Of a stretch of 64,000 nucleotides of DNA, positions 20,208-29,557 are shown piece by piece. The translations under genes and the position numbers were made by a program. The notes under the pieces are model-generated. The model did not search any database. It was given only the letters and a program-made list of their open reading frames with translations, and was not told where the DNA came from. This DNA is from an uncultured Candidatus Saccharibacteria bacterium. Its GTDB lineage: Bacteria; Patescibacteriota; Minisyncoccia; UBA6257; WO2-44-18. The number at the start of each line of letters is the position of its first letter. Position 1 is the first letter of the stretch. Where the stretch lies: NCBI GenBank assembly GCA_964503795.1, contig CAZDBT010000002.1:17989-81988 (forward strand). The letters are read 5' to 3'.

Positions 20208-20690
20208 ATGGCGGCAGCTACCGACCGTAGCAAGCGCTTGTTCGAAGAGTTCCTGCTTCTCTCCGGCCCCGGCTCATTGGAACGAATGGGGATCTTGGGA
20301 GCCAAGGAAGGACCGGGTACGGTAAAGGAGTTTTGTCGGGAAGTAATGCCGATCTGGAAGGAGGCATTAAATAATTTATTTGCTCTTCTCCGTATCACCA
20401 GGCCGCCGTTTGAAGCTTCCGAGCAGGATCTTTTGTTTTTCCGGCTTGTCGCGGAGTTGAACAATCTTTTACCGATCGATTATCCTTTTGCTCTGGCTCT
20501 GGCGAAGATTACGTTGGAGGCTCCGGAGCGGGGATTGATCATTTCCGCGCTCAGGCGTCGCCTGATCCCGGGAGCGCATGATCTGCTTAATCCCAAGTTT
20601 GCGATCTTAATAACGGCCGAGACGCGAGAAAAGCTCAAGAGCGAACGGGTCATTTCGCTTTTCCGATTCCCGGAGGAGAAAGTGTCTTAA
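20208..20690 (+). CDS. Hypothetical protein (SD-led accessory unit)
   Basis: 160-aa ORF with AAAGGAG SD, promoter TTGATT-N17-CATGCT and a downstream terminator. Confidence 0.7.
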   Translation: MAAATDRSKRLFEEFLLLSGPGSLERMGILGAKEGPGTVKEFCREVMPIWKEALNNLFALLRITRPPFEASEQDLLFFRLVAELNNLLPIDYPFALALAKITLEAPERGLIISALRRRLIPGAHDLLNPKFAILITAETREKLKSERVISLFRFPEEKVS

Positions 20691-20692
20691 TC

Positions 20693-20720
20693 AAAAGAGG
20701 ATCAGCGCTGATCCTCTTTT
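20693..20720. terminator. Palindromic bidirectional terminator
   Basis: AAAAGAGGATCAGCGCTGATCCTCTTTT, perfect palindrome between convergent genes. Confidence 0.8.
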
Positions 20721-20869
20721 TTCTTTTCCTGAAAGGTTCCTTCGTGTTTTCCATCTACGCAGTCGCAATGTTTCAATTCTTTTTGATAATCCGGACATTT
20801 TGGGTCCTGACATTTGCCTTCTTTTTCCGAAACCCCCTCGCAGCCGCCCAGACAAATATAGTGATGCAT
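20702..20869 (-). CDS. Small Cys/His-rich putative metal-binding protein (55 aa; not in ORF track)
   Basis: Manual translation: MHHYICLGGCEGVSEKEGKCQDPKCPDYQKELKHCDCVDGKHEGTFQEKKKEDQR*; co-oriented with the upstream operon. Confidence 0.75.
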   Translation of the reverse strand: MHHYICLGGCEGVSEKEGKCQDPKCPDYQKELKHCDCVDGKHEGTFQEKKKEDQR

Positions 20870-20873
20870 TCCT

Positions 20874-20908
20874 TGAGTATAAGGTATCCAGTATTAAGTA
20901 TGAAGTAT
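20874..20908 (-). repeat. Heptamer tandem repeat (ATAC core x5)
   Basis: Plus strand TGAGTAT AAGGTAT CCAGTAT TAAGTAT GAAGTAT. Confidence 0.85.
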
Positions 20909-20916
20909 GTCCAACT

Positions 20917-21258
20917 TTACCCGACCCGGGAGCCGGAAGGAACTTCTTTTTCCGGCATTAATATAATCGGACCGTCTTCATTCCTGGCCGCCAGCAGCAT
21001 GCCCTGACTTTCTATGCCCATCAGCGCGCGCGGTTCAAGGTTAGCTACGATAATTATTTCCCGCCCGGCTAGAGTATCCGGATCATAAACTTTCCCGATA
21101 CCGGCTACGATCTGGCGCGGTTTTTCGGCTCCGGCTTCGTCTTTATCTCCGGCGTCGAGTCGCAGCTTTAAAAGTTTATCCGATCCCTCCACCCGTTCGG
21201 CGGAAAGGATCTTCGCCACTTTTAGTTCTATTTTTGAAAATTCTTCAGAAGTGATCAT
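20917..21258 (-). CDS. tRNA-binding OB-fold protein (stand-alone MetG C-terminal / Trbp111-like)
   Basis: SDKLLKL, RQIVAGI, NLEPR and GIESQGMLLA motifs. Confidence 0.9.
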   Translation of the reverse strand: MITSEEFSKIELKVAKILSAERVEGSDKLLKLRLDAGDKDEAGAEKPRQIVAGIGKVYDPDTLAGREIIIVANLEPRALMGIESQGMLLAARNEDGPIILMPEKEVPSGSRVG

Positions 21259-21260
21259 GG

Positions 21261-21974
21261 TTAAACTTTGTTTTGTTGGTAATTTTCTACCAGATAGACA
21301 GCAACGGCGGCGGCAGTTTCGGCGCGTAAGATCAATTTTCCCAAGGTGGCCATCGCGAATTTTCTTTTTTCGGCCGCTTCGGTTTCACTGTCGTCCCAGC
21401 CACCTTCCGGACCAATGAAAACGCCAACCTTTCTGGTCTGGATATTTATTTTAGACAGAGGGAGACCGCTGGGACGGAAGAAGATATTGAAGTCATTGTT
21501 GTCGGCGTGCTGCAGGGCTTGTTCAAAGGGCATCGGCTGATGAATCTTGGGGATGATCCCTCGGCCGGACTGCTCCGCCGCTTCTTTAGCGATTTTTTCC
21601 AGCCGCGCCACATTGATCGCCGTTTTTACGGTGCGTTTTCCGATCACCGGCACGATCTCCGATATGCCGGCTTCTACGGCTTTCTGCGTGGCCAGTTCAA
21701 AATTTTCTTTTTTTAGGATCGAGCAGTACAGTGTTCCATATATTTCCGGTTCATTTTCATTTTCCTGGGTGCGCTTAATGATCAGCGTCGCAACTCCTTT
21801 AGAGATCTCTTCTACGCAAGCCAGCGCCTCTTTCTTTTTGCCGTCGCCGAGCAAAAGTTCGTCGCCGGTTTTCAGGCGGAAGACATTTTTTATTTGGTTT
21901 ACCAAGTCTCGGTCGCCGATCTTCAAATATTCTTTGGACAGGTCAAAATCACCGATAAATCTATGGAGTCTCAT
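21261..21974 (-). CDS. rsmE: 16S rRNA m3U1498 methyltransferase
   Basis: QKAVEAG, EAAEQSGR, IGPEGG and LRAETA motifs. Confidence 0.93.
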   Translation of the reverse strand: MRLHRFIGDFDLSKEYLKIGDRDLVNQIKNVFRLKTGDELLLGDGKKKEALACVEEISKGVATLIIKRTQENENEPEIYGTLYCSILKKENFELATQKAVEAGISEIVPVIGKRTVKTAINVARLEKIAKEAAEQSGRGIIPKIHQPMPFEQALQHADNNDFNIFFRPSGLPLSKINIQTRKVGVFIGPEGGWDDSETEAAEKRKFAMATLGKLILRAETAAAVAVYLVENYQQNKV

Positions 21975-21984
21975 TAAGAAAATT

Positions 21985-22722
21985 CTAGCACTTTTGGGCT
22001 TCTATGAATAAAAACAGGGGAATCTCCCTACGAGCGGTATCTTCTGCTTTTGATCGCGGTCCCATCTCGCTTTGCTTGTTGGATTCCCATTCTTCAAGTC
22101 CGCTTACGACAAAGCCGGAATTTTTAAGAAGTTTAAAATAGGTTTGCAGGGGACGGTGGAAGGAAACGGTATATTCTTCCGGAACATCGCCGAATCCCAT
22201 AGACGGATGCATGTTTATTTTTTCCTTGGACTCGGAAAGATAGCCGTCAATACGGCGATATTGAACTTTCTTTTTCTCATCCCAGCCCCATTCACTTTTC
22301 TTCAGAACCCGGAAGGCCGGGTGAGTCATTACTATGTATAGACTGCCCCCGGGCTTGAGGACTCTTGAGCATTCGGCCAAAACCTTGTGGGGATTATCCA
22401 TGTTTTGCAGCGCCAAGATCGCGGCGACTTTATCCATGCTGGCCTTCGGCAAGAAAGACAGGTTCTCCGCGGATCCGATATGGAATTTTAGGCTCGGGTA
22501 TTTTTGTTTGGCTTCCTCGACGAGCGTTTTGGAAAGTTCCACACCCGTAACTTTGGCGCCTTTTTTGGCGAACTCATTGGCAAAAAATCCCGGGCCGGAA
22601 CCCAAGTCTAAGATCTCCTCCCCCTTATTTATTTCCATCAGTCGCATCAAGTTAGGCAGGATCAGAGTTTTTTGATAGTGGCCGATCACCGTTTCTACGC
22701 CCCAGGAAGTATCCTTTTTCAT
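21985..22722 (-). CDS. Class I SAM-dependent methyltransferase
   Basis: LDLGSGPG, RVLKPGG, HPAFR and FHRPL motifs. Confidence 0.9.
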   Translation of the reverse strand: MKKDTSWGVETVIGHYQKTLILPNLMRLMEINKGEEILDLGSGPGFFANEFAKKGAKVTGVELSKTLVEEAKQKYPSLKFHIGSAENLSFLPKASMDKVAAILALQNMDNPHKVLAECSRVLKPGGSLYIVMTHPAFRVLKKSEWGWDEKKKVQYRRIDGYLSESKEKINMHPSMGFGDVPEEYTVSFHRPLQTYFKLLKNSGFVVSGLEEWESNKQSEMGPRSKAEDTARREIPLFLFIEAQKC

Positions 22723-22727
22723 AACTT

Positions 22728-23111
22728 CTAACTTATACTCATAGACTTTTTGCCGCGAGCGGCAAGTAAAGCCCAGGCGCCAACGGCTAAATGTAGAATG
22801 GTATCAGCCGGGTTTTCCAAATTGGCGCCTAGGAAATTAGTGCTTAATACCAAGCTCCAGAGGCCGACCAGGATCCCGACAATACCCAAAACTATCACCA
22901 GCAATTTCTGCAGATTGGCCGGTAAGGTAAATACCGCCAGCAAACCGGCTACGCCGATGACCAGATGCGCCCAGTTTTCGCCGTTATCGAACCACCAGTT
23001 GCCTCCGAAGACGCTTTTGTCCGGAGAGGGACCGATCACGCCAGCGAAGCCAAGGACCGCGATCAGCACTAATACCGCGCCGCCGATCAATAAAAATTGT
23101 TTTGGATTCAT
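22728..23111 (-). CDS. DUF4383-like small membrane protein
   Basis: 4 TM helices with repeated N/D..H motifs (ENWAHL, DTILHL). Confidence 0.65.
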   Translation of the reverse strand: MNPKQFLLIGGAVLVLIAVLGFAGVIGPSPDKSVFGGNWWFDNGENWAHLVIGVAGLLAVFTLPANLQKLLVIVLGIVGILVGLWSLVLSTNFLGANLENPADTILHLAVGAWALLAARGKKSMSIS

Positions 23112-23132
23112 GCGTTTAATAATTATAACAAA

Positions 23133-24803
23133 TTAGAACTTGTAGATTCGGAAGACGGTTTCGCCCCGTTTATTAACGATCACCGAAGGCGCGACGCCAA
23201 TTTGGTGATTCAGCAGATCTTCCAGTAGCCGTCCGCTCTCCGTCAACCGGCCTCCCAGAGATTCTGTTTTCAGGGGGATGTTACTGGTGGGGGTTATGAA
23301 ATAGCGACTAGTCAGACCTGCTTCCGCCAGATAGCCCTCTCTTTTCTCGCGGATCAGCGAAAGGTATTCGCCGGCTTCCATTACCGGCCAGCCGTGATAG
23401 ATCTGTAGCCGATCGAAGATCCACAGCTGGGCCGGACTAGAAATATTGCCATCATAGATAAGTAAAGCGTGGGACGGCCGCCAGCCCAGATCCCTCGCCA
23501 GTTTAATTGAGGCATCTTGGATCTTCTCAATGAATTTGTAGCGCGCCTCAAAGGTTAGGGCGGGAAATTTTCCGGCTAGTTCGCCGTCCAGGTAATCGGA
23601 CAGTTCGTTGTAGCCCCAGTTGTAGTTGTCATAACGCAAATGAGAAAAGAGGATTGGTTGCGGACCGATGGGGTAATTAAGAACTAGGCTATTCGTGGAG
23701 TAAAGAGTTTCCCAGCCCAGTAGTAGGGCGACTAAAACCGGCATTACCACTGGTCCTTTTCTCGCAAGCGGGTCATAGATCCGGTCTATAAATATGCCGA
23801 CGGCAATAACCAGGAATGGGACCAGCATTGTAAGAAATCGGTAAGTCGGGCCGATCCTGGATAAAAGCAGCAGCATCCAGGCTATCGCCAGAACCGGAAA
23901 CCAGAGACGTTTCTTGAATAAGACCCAGAGCGCGGGTAAGACCAAGAGCAATAAAGTTAGAGAATTGGTATTGAAAAGATAAGGGAAGAAATAGTGGACC
24001 CGGTCGGTCAGGGTCGGCATCGCTTCTTTTCCGGGAGCGCTTTTCCATACCGTCGGATCTTGGCCGAAGATGTAAGAGAATTGAAAATCAAAGTGGCCGG
24101 TTTGGCGGTACATCATAATGTTGTAAACAATGACCGGGCTGAACACCAGGAACGATATAGCAACGCCGATCCAGAAATATTTCTTCCTGAACACGTCTCG
24201 CCGGAACAGCGCCAGATAAGAAATAAAGATCGGAACCATAACCAAAACATTATATTTTGCGAGCAGGCCTAACCCTAAAGCGGCGCCCGTCCAGAGGAAA
24301 TATTTTTTTTCGTCCAGCGCCCTTAGGAAAAAATAGGAGCTTAGTAGTATGAAAAAGATGACGCAAGATTCTTGAAGGCCCAGACGGGAAATATACACGC
24401 AGTTCACGGTTACCGCGGCAATAGCGGCGGCAATTAACCCGGCGCGTTCGGAAGCCAGTCGTTTGTTGATCAGGTAGATGAGGTAAACGGAGACGATCCC
24501 CAGGACGGCCGAAGGAAAGCGGAATCCAAAATTATTTTCTCCGAAAATTCCCATTGACCAGTGCTGGAGCAAAAAGACCAGCGGGGGATGATCATGGAAA
24601 GACAAGTGCGTCCACCACTGAACATTCGGATCTTGCCATTGCAGCGGCGTGGTTTGTTGAGGAGCGTTATCAAAATCCAACATTCCGACGGCCCGGAAGG
24701 CGTAGAAGACCTCATCGCTACCGGTAATGTCGCCGCCGCCGAGATTTATCAGTCTGATCAAAGCCGCGGCAAATAAAATTGCAATCAGTAATTTTTTATG
24801 CAC
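23133..24803 (-). CDS. ArnT/PMT family glycosyltransferase (GT39/GT83-like)
   Basis: DEVFY, DHPPL, RFPSA and LLAKY motifs; many TM segments. Confidence 0.88.
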   Translation of the reverse strand: MHKKLLIAILFAAALIRLINLGGGDITGSDEVFYAFRAVGMLDFDNAPQQTTPLQWQDPNVQWWTHLSFHDHPPLVFLLQHWSMGIFGENNFGFRFPSAVLGIVSVYLIYLINKRLASERAGLIAAAIAAVTVNCVYISRLGLQESCVIFFILLSSYFFLRALDEKKYFLWTGAALGLGLLAKYNVLVMVPIFISYLALFRRDVFRKKYFWIGVAISFLVFSPVIVYNIMMYRQTGHFDFQFSYIFGQDPTVWKSAPGKEAMPTLTDRVHYFFPYLFNTNSLTLLLLVLPALWVLFKKRLWFPVLAIAWMLLLLSRIGPTYRFLTMLVPFLVIAVGIFIDRIYDPLARKGPVVMPVLVALLLGWETLYSTNSLVLNYPIGPQPILFSHLRYDNYNWGYNELSDYLDGELAGKFPALTFEARYKFIEKIQDASIKLARDLGWRPSHALLIYDGNISSPAQLWIFDRLQIYHGWPVMEAGEYLSLIREKREGYLAEAGLTSRYFITPTSNIPLKTESLGGRLTESGRLLEDLLNHQIGVAPSVIVNKRGETVFRIYKF

Positions 24804-24817
24804 ATAGTTATAATGTC

Positions 24818-26278
24818 ATGAAAATTAAAATCTCGGCAACGCAATGCCTTTGGATCCTGATAGCCGTGTACATTGCCGCTTTCGGAATTTTTACCTGCCT
24901 CCGCCACTATAATTTTCAAACCCAGACTTGGGACTTGGCGGCTTTCGTGCAGACTTTTTGGAATACCATCCACGGCCGGATCATGCAAAACAATCTGGAG
25001 CAAGTTCACAATCATTTGGGATTGCATATGAGCCCCTGGTTGTTGGTTCTGGCCCCCGGTTACGCGATTTTCCCATCGCCCTACTATCTATTAATAATTC
25101 AGACGATCATTGTCGCTCTGGGGGCCTGGCCGCTCTATTTGTTGGCGGTAAAGGTATTGAAGAACCAATGGCTATCTTTAGTGGTGGCCGCAAGTTACCT
25201 TTTGTATCCATCTTTGCAATGGGCTAACACCTATGATTTTCACGAGATCACCTCATTCATTCCATTACTCTTGGCGGCTTTTTATTTTATTGAAGAAGAA
25301 AGGTGGGGTTGGGCGATCGGTTTTCTTGCATTGGCGGCTAGCGTTAAAGAAGACGCCATCTTAACAGTGTTATTCGTGGGTATTTATCTGCTCTTGCGCG
25401 CCGACAAACAAAAGGTTTGGCTGACCAAACAGCGGAAGATCGGTATCGGAGTGATCATTTTGGCGCTGATCTATTTTATTATTGCCGTGAAGATCCTCAT
25501 GCCGGCTTTCGGCGGAGGCGTTTTACGCTTCGATCGTTACGCCAATCTCGGAAATACTCCCGGAGAAATAGTAAAGAATGTTTCCGCGCATCCGCATTTG
25601 TTGGCAGAAACGATCTTTACCAAACAAAAACTGTTTTATTTTTTCCTGCTTTTTTTGCCGGTAGCCTTCCTGCCGTTCCTTTACTGGCGAACACTCCTGC
25701 TGTTGATTCCCGGTTTAGCGGAGAACTTATTGACCACCTATACTTTTCAGTTCAACAGCCTTTACCACTACGACGCTATCCTGATCCCGGGCATATTTTT
25801 CGGAGTTGTGTACGGATTGAAGTTCCTTCAGGATCGTTGGCCCCGTAACAACGGGGCGCAGCCGGCAAAGATCCATTGGGTAAAATGGGTCTTGTTGGGT
25901 TGCGCTATTTTTAGTTTTCTGACCCGTTCGCCGCTCGGCCCCTTTAGTTTTCCACTGGCCTATTTCCAGCCGAATGCCCAATGGGCCGCTTATCGGAAGA
26001 TCGTGGATCTGGTTCCCGACGGTGTGAGCGTGGCCGCGAACACTAATCTGGTGCCTCATTTAGCGCACAGGGAATTCATTTACGCCTTGGGACGCGAGAC
26101 CTTCCCGGTGGATATGGTGTTGGTGGATCTGGATGATCCGTTCGGTTTTAAGGACCAGAAAGAGTTTGACGCCTATCTTGATAGTTATTTAAAAACCGGA
26201 CTTTATCAGGGCCATCTTTTTGACGACCGCTACCTGATCATCACCAGCAACAAACTGAAGTTAGTTACGAAATCTTAA
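24818..26278 (+). CDS. DUF2079 family membrane protein (GT-C-like)
   Basis: WDLAAF.Q, H.SP, DFHE, VKED and HY motifs; start ATG 24818 avoids overlap with the divergent gene. Confidence 0.8.
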   Translation: MKIKISATQCLWILIAVYIAAFGIFTCLRHYNFQTQTWDLAAFVQTFWNTIHGRIMQNNLEQVHNHLGLHMSPWLLVLAPGYAIFPSPYYLLIIQTIIVALGAWPLYLLAVKVLKNQWLSLVVAASYLLYPSLQWANTYDFHEITSFIPLLLAAFYFIEEERWGWAIGFLALAASVKEDAILTVLFVGIYLLLRADKQKVWLTKQRKIGIGVIILALIYFIIAVKILMPAFGGGVLRFDRYANLGNTPGEIVKNVSAHPHLLAETIFTKQKLFYFFLLFLPVAFLPFLYWRTLLLLIPGLAENLLTTYTFQFNSLYHYDAILIPGIFFGVVYGLKFLQDRWPRNNGAQPAKIHWVKWVLLGCAIFSFLTRSPLGPFSFPLAYFQPNAQWAAYRKIVDLVPDGVSVAANTNLVPHLAHREFIYALGRETFPVDMVLVDLDDPFGFKDQKEFDAYLDSYLKTGLYQGHLFDDRYLIITSNKLKLVTKS

Positions 26279-26959
26279 CCGCAGCACTTTCCAGAAACTT
26301 TCCAGAATTATTCCCAGATTGAATTTGGAGCTTCCAAGGCGGCGTTCGGTAAAAGTGATGGGGATCTCGCAAATTTTTAATCCCTTTTTATGGGCCGCGT
26401 AGGTAGTTTCAATTTGAAAGTTGTATCCGACCGAACTCAACAATGACAGATTAATCTTCTCTAAAGCTTCCCGGCGAAAGCATTTAAAGCCGCCGGTCAG
26501 ATCGCGATAGGGGAGTGCTAGAATGGTCCGGGCGTAGAAATTTCCGAACCGGCTGATCAGTTTTCTGGCAAGATCCCAGTTCTTGGTGTTACCGCCCGGA
26601 ATATATCGCGAACCCAATACCACATCGCAAGTTTTTATTTTTTCCAGCATTGCCGGAATAGCCGCCGGATCATGGGAAAGATCGGCGTCCATCTGGATCA
26701 CAATTTCCGCCTCCGGCGGTAATGATTCAAAGCCCTGGACGTAAGCTTTTCCCAGGCCTGATTTTTCTGCCCGGTGAATAACAGTGACCGGATATTTTTG
26801 CCGCAACTCGTCGGCGATCCGGCCGGTTCCGTCGGGTGAGTTATCATCCACGACCATCAAGCGCAGATCGGGAATTTTTAACGCGAAGATCTTTTCTACC
26901 AGTGCCGGCAGATTTTCTCTCTCGTTATAAGTCGGGATGACGACATAAACCTTCGACAT
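26261..26959 (-). CDS. Polyprenol monophosphomannose synthase (GT2)
   Basis: IPTYNEREN, VDDNSPDGT, MDADLSH, DLTGGFK and F.ER..G.SK motifs. Confidence 0.92.
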   Translation of the reverse strand: MSKVYVVIPTYNERENLPALVEKIFALKIPDLRLMVVDDNSPDGTGRIADELRQKYPVTVIHRAEKSGLGKAYVQGFESLPPEAEIVIQMDADLSHDPAAIPAMLEKIKTCDVVLGSRYIPGGNTKNWDLARKLISRFGNFYARTILALPYRDLTGGFKCFRREALEKINLSLLSSVGYNFQIETTYAAHKKGLKICEIPITFTERRLGSSKFNLGIILESFWKVLRLRFRN

Positions 26960-27042
26960 TATTTTGATTTTAGCACGCGCGCCAAGCTTAGGATAATTTC
27001 TGCCTTGACTTTATGAGGTAAGTGCTGTAGTATGACCCAGTT

Positions 27043-28665
27043 ATGAAGAAGCTTATTTTGGCCTTATTTTTGGCGTTGGTGGTTGTTAATTTGGGCTTCG
27101 CAAATCAGGCGAAAGCCTTTATTCCCTTTTGGCCGCATGAGGTTATTTACTGCCTGATCGACGGGGATGCTTGCGAGGATCCGGTTCCCGCGCCTGTTCC
27201 GGCCCCGACCCCAGCCCCCGCGCCCGCTCCTGCCCCAGCTCCGGCTCCGGAGCCAAGGCAAACTCCCGCTCCAGCACCCGTTCCCTCTCCAGCCCCGGCG
27301 ACTAACCAGCCAGCCGTCTGGTCTTCTTCTAATCCGACTTATTTCAGCATTCACACCGGAGACAATGTGCAATTTTCTTTGGTGGCTACCGATCCGGAGA
27401 ACGATCCGTTAACTTACTCTTCTTATTCTTTGCCTTACGGTTCCGCCTTTAATCCTTCCAGCCGAACTTTCTATTGGATCCCATCGTCCGGTCAGACCGG
27501 ATATTTTTCGCCGCAATTTACCGTCTATGACGGTCACAACTACAGCTACTTTACCGTAACTATTAATGTAGCTTCCCAGACCACGACTTCCTCCACCAAT
27601 GAGAAGCCGGTTTGGGATGGCGGCACCGGCGATAAAGATGCGCGTGTCGGTCAGATCTTGCAGTTCACTGTTTCCGCGCATGACCCGGAAGACGAACCGA
27701 TCTCGTACAGTGTTTTTAATATGCCGAACAATGCCAACTTCCAGTCTTCCAGCCGATTATTTACCTGGACTCCGGTTGTTGCCGACATAGGCACTCATAT
27801 CATTACTTTCCGCGCTTCCGACGGCGTGAAATATACCGATCGCGATGTAACGATCACCGTTCAGGAAGCTTCTACTAATACCTCAAGCGCCAATCATGCT
27901 CCGGTGTTTGTGAATTTTAATCCGCCGATCAAGGGTCGGGTTAATCAGCTTTATATTTATGATCTGAACGCGATCGATGCCGATGGCGATACCGTCACTT
28001 ATAGCGTAGCTTCCGGACCGACCGGCCTATTCATCAATCCGAGTACCGGCATGATCCAGTGGACGCCTTCTTCTTTGCAGACAAATTTCAGTAAGGTCAG
28101 CGTTTATGCCAGTGACGGCAAGGTTTCTACGCCGATCGACTTCTACATCTTCGTGGAAAATCCGTCTTCAGTTCCGGTGCCACCGACGGTGATCACCACC
28201 AGCTCCAATCCGGAAGAGCGAGCGATCATCAGCAATATCAAAGTTGAAAGCGCCAAAGCCGGAGTGGTTACCGTAAGCTGGGATACCAATATTCCGACCC
28301 GCGACCGGGTAATTTATGATACGGAATCGGAGTTGCAAAAGACCCGCAATTTCAGCTACGCGCACGCTACGGCGGAATCCGGCGACCTGTCGCGCGGCCA
28401 CAGCGTTGAATTGAGCGGCTTGGAATTCAACACTGTTTATTATTTGCGGGCAGTGGCAAAAACCAATAACCAGGTTGTAACCTCTAACGAAATCACCTTC
28501 GTGCAACTTCCTAATGGCGCGACTCAATTCGGGGGAGTGGCCTCCATTTTTAATATCATCGGTCCGTTAGTGAAAGATCCGGCCTTCCTGTGGATCGTGA
28601 TCTTGGCGATCGCGGGATTCAGCTTCTGGCAGTACCGTAAATCCGGTAAGAGTTCGCCGATCTAA
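27043..28665 (+). CDS. Surface protein: signal peptide, Pro-Ala linker, three Ig/cadherin-like (He_PIG-type) repeats, FN3-like domain, C-terminal TM anchor
   Basis: Repeats N..P.W...A.DPE.DP..YS...W.P...DG (x3), (PA)n tract, W.T...Y...H...GL...T.YY FN3 signature, C-terminal hydrophobic stretch followed by basic residues. Confidence 0.8.
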   Translation: MKKLILALFLALVVVNLGFANQAKAFIPFWPHEVIYCLIDGDACEDPVPAPVPAPTPAPAPAPAPAPAPEPRQTPAPAPVPSPAPATNQPAVWSSSNPTYFSIHTGDNVQFSLVATDPENDPLTYSSYSLPYGSAFNPSSRTFYWIPSSGQTGYFSPQFTVYDGHNYSYFTVTINVASQTTTSSTNEKPVWDGGTGDKDARVGQILQFTVSAHDPEDEPISYSVFNMPNNANFQSSSRLFTWTPVVADIGTHIITFRASDGVKYTDRDVTITVQEASTNTSSANHAPVFVNFNPPIKGRVNQLYIYDLNAIDADGDTVTYSVASGPTGLFINPSTGMIQWTPSSLQTNFSKVSVYASDGKVSTPIDFYIFVENPSSVPVPPTVITTSSNPEERAIISNIKVESAKAGVVTVSWDTNIPTRDRVIYDTESELQKTRNFSYAHATAESGDLSRGHSVELSGLEFNTVYYLRAVAKTNNQVVTSNEITFVQLPNGATQFGGVASIFNIIGPLVKDPAFLWIVILAIAGFSFWQYRKSGKSSPI

Positions 28666-28731
28666 CCGGAGCTTTTCTTTTGCCGATAAATTTGTTACTC
28701 TAACTTTCGGTTCCTTTTGCGGAGAAGAAGA

Positions 28732-29070
28732 ATGTCCAAGACGCAGAATTTCACTGGTTTCGTTGTTATCGGTTGCGTCGCTTTGTTAGTTTTCTCGATG
28801 ATCTGGCCAAGCGTTGGACCAAAAGCTGACGAACCAAAGCCAGGGCAGGTGGCGGATCATACTGACGGTAAAGATGTTACCGTCAAGAAATTGAGCAATC
28901 AGGTTTATCGGGTTGATGTGGAAAAGACCGGCGAAGCCGTCGCGGTCTACGAAGCAGAACTGGTGAAGTTCTCCAAGGACCATCCCAGCGTCCACCCCTC
29001 TCCCGCTCCGCCGAATCCGAAAGGCAACATCGGTAGTACTACTTATTACTGGAACGTTGACGAGAAATAA
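28732..29070 (+). CDS. Hypothetical protein with N-terminal TM
   Basis: ATG 28732 (MSKTQNF) after GGAG; one TM segment; downstream hairpin 29092-29117. Confidence 0.65.
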   Translation: MSKTQNFTGFVVIGCVALLVFSMIWPSVGPKADEPKPGQVADHTDGKDVTVKKLSNQVYRVDVEKTGEAVAVYEAELVKFSKDHPSVHPSPAPPNPKGNIGSTTYYWNVDEK

Positions 29071-29175
29071 TAGCCCCCCATTCTCACATATTCTCCGCAG
29101 CGATGCGGAGATTTTTTATTTGACTATTTTATATTACGTGGTAGAATACCAGCAGAATCTTTTAGGAGAAGTACG

Positions 29176-29487
29176 ATGACCTACCAAAAGTTTTTAGGGT
29201 TGTTGACCAGCTTCGCGAATGTCAGCTGGGTGGTCACGCCGTTGGGGACGATCCGTACCGACCGCAGTTCCAAGAGTCTTTTTTCGATCATCTGTGAAGA
29301 AATGATGCAGTTGGATATCGCGGGGGAGGACTATCGAGGAGCGGAAGCGCTTGGTTTGTCGAAAAAAGACGCCAGAAAGATCGTCAGAGCGATGAACGGA
29401 TCGGAGGGCTATGATACCGAAGTCCGCAAGGACCTGCTGCGCGCAGTCGGTCTGCTGGGGCTCTACTCAAATCGGGCCGGCGCCTAA
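29176..29487 (+). CDS. Hypothetical protein (SD-led accessory unit)
   Basis: TTGACT..TAGAAT promoter, TAGGAG SD and terminator at 29509-29534. Confidence 0.7.
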   Translation: MTYQKFLGLLTSFANVSWVVTPLGTIRTDRSSKSLFSIICEEMMQLDIAGEDYRGAEALGLSKKDARKIVRAMNGSEGYDTEVRKDLLRAVGLLGLYSNRAGA

Positions 29488-29557
29488 AGTAAGAATCTAT
29501 TCGCATACAGCCGCCTATCAAAGGCGGCTTTTTTAGTCCAAATGCTATAATTTAATT

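Noticed and set aside
20744-21007. 87-aa plus-strand ORF
   Set aside because: It overlaps the tRNA-binding gene and the better-supported minus-strand Cys-rich ORF, and runs through a repeat.
27178-27300. GC-rich 6-nt periodic repeat
   Set aside because: It simply encodes the Pro-Ala linker of the surface protein.
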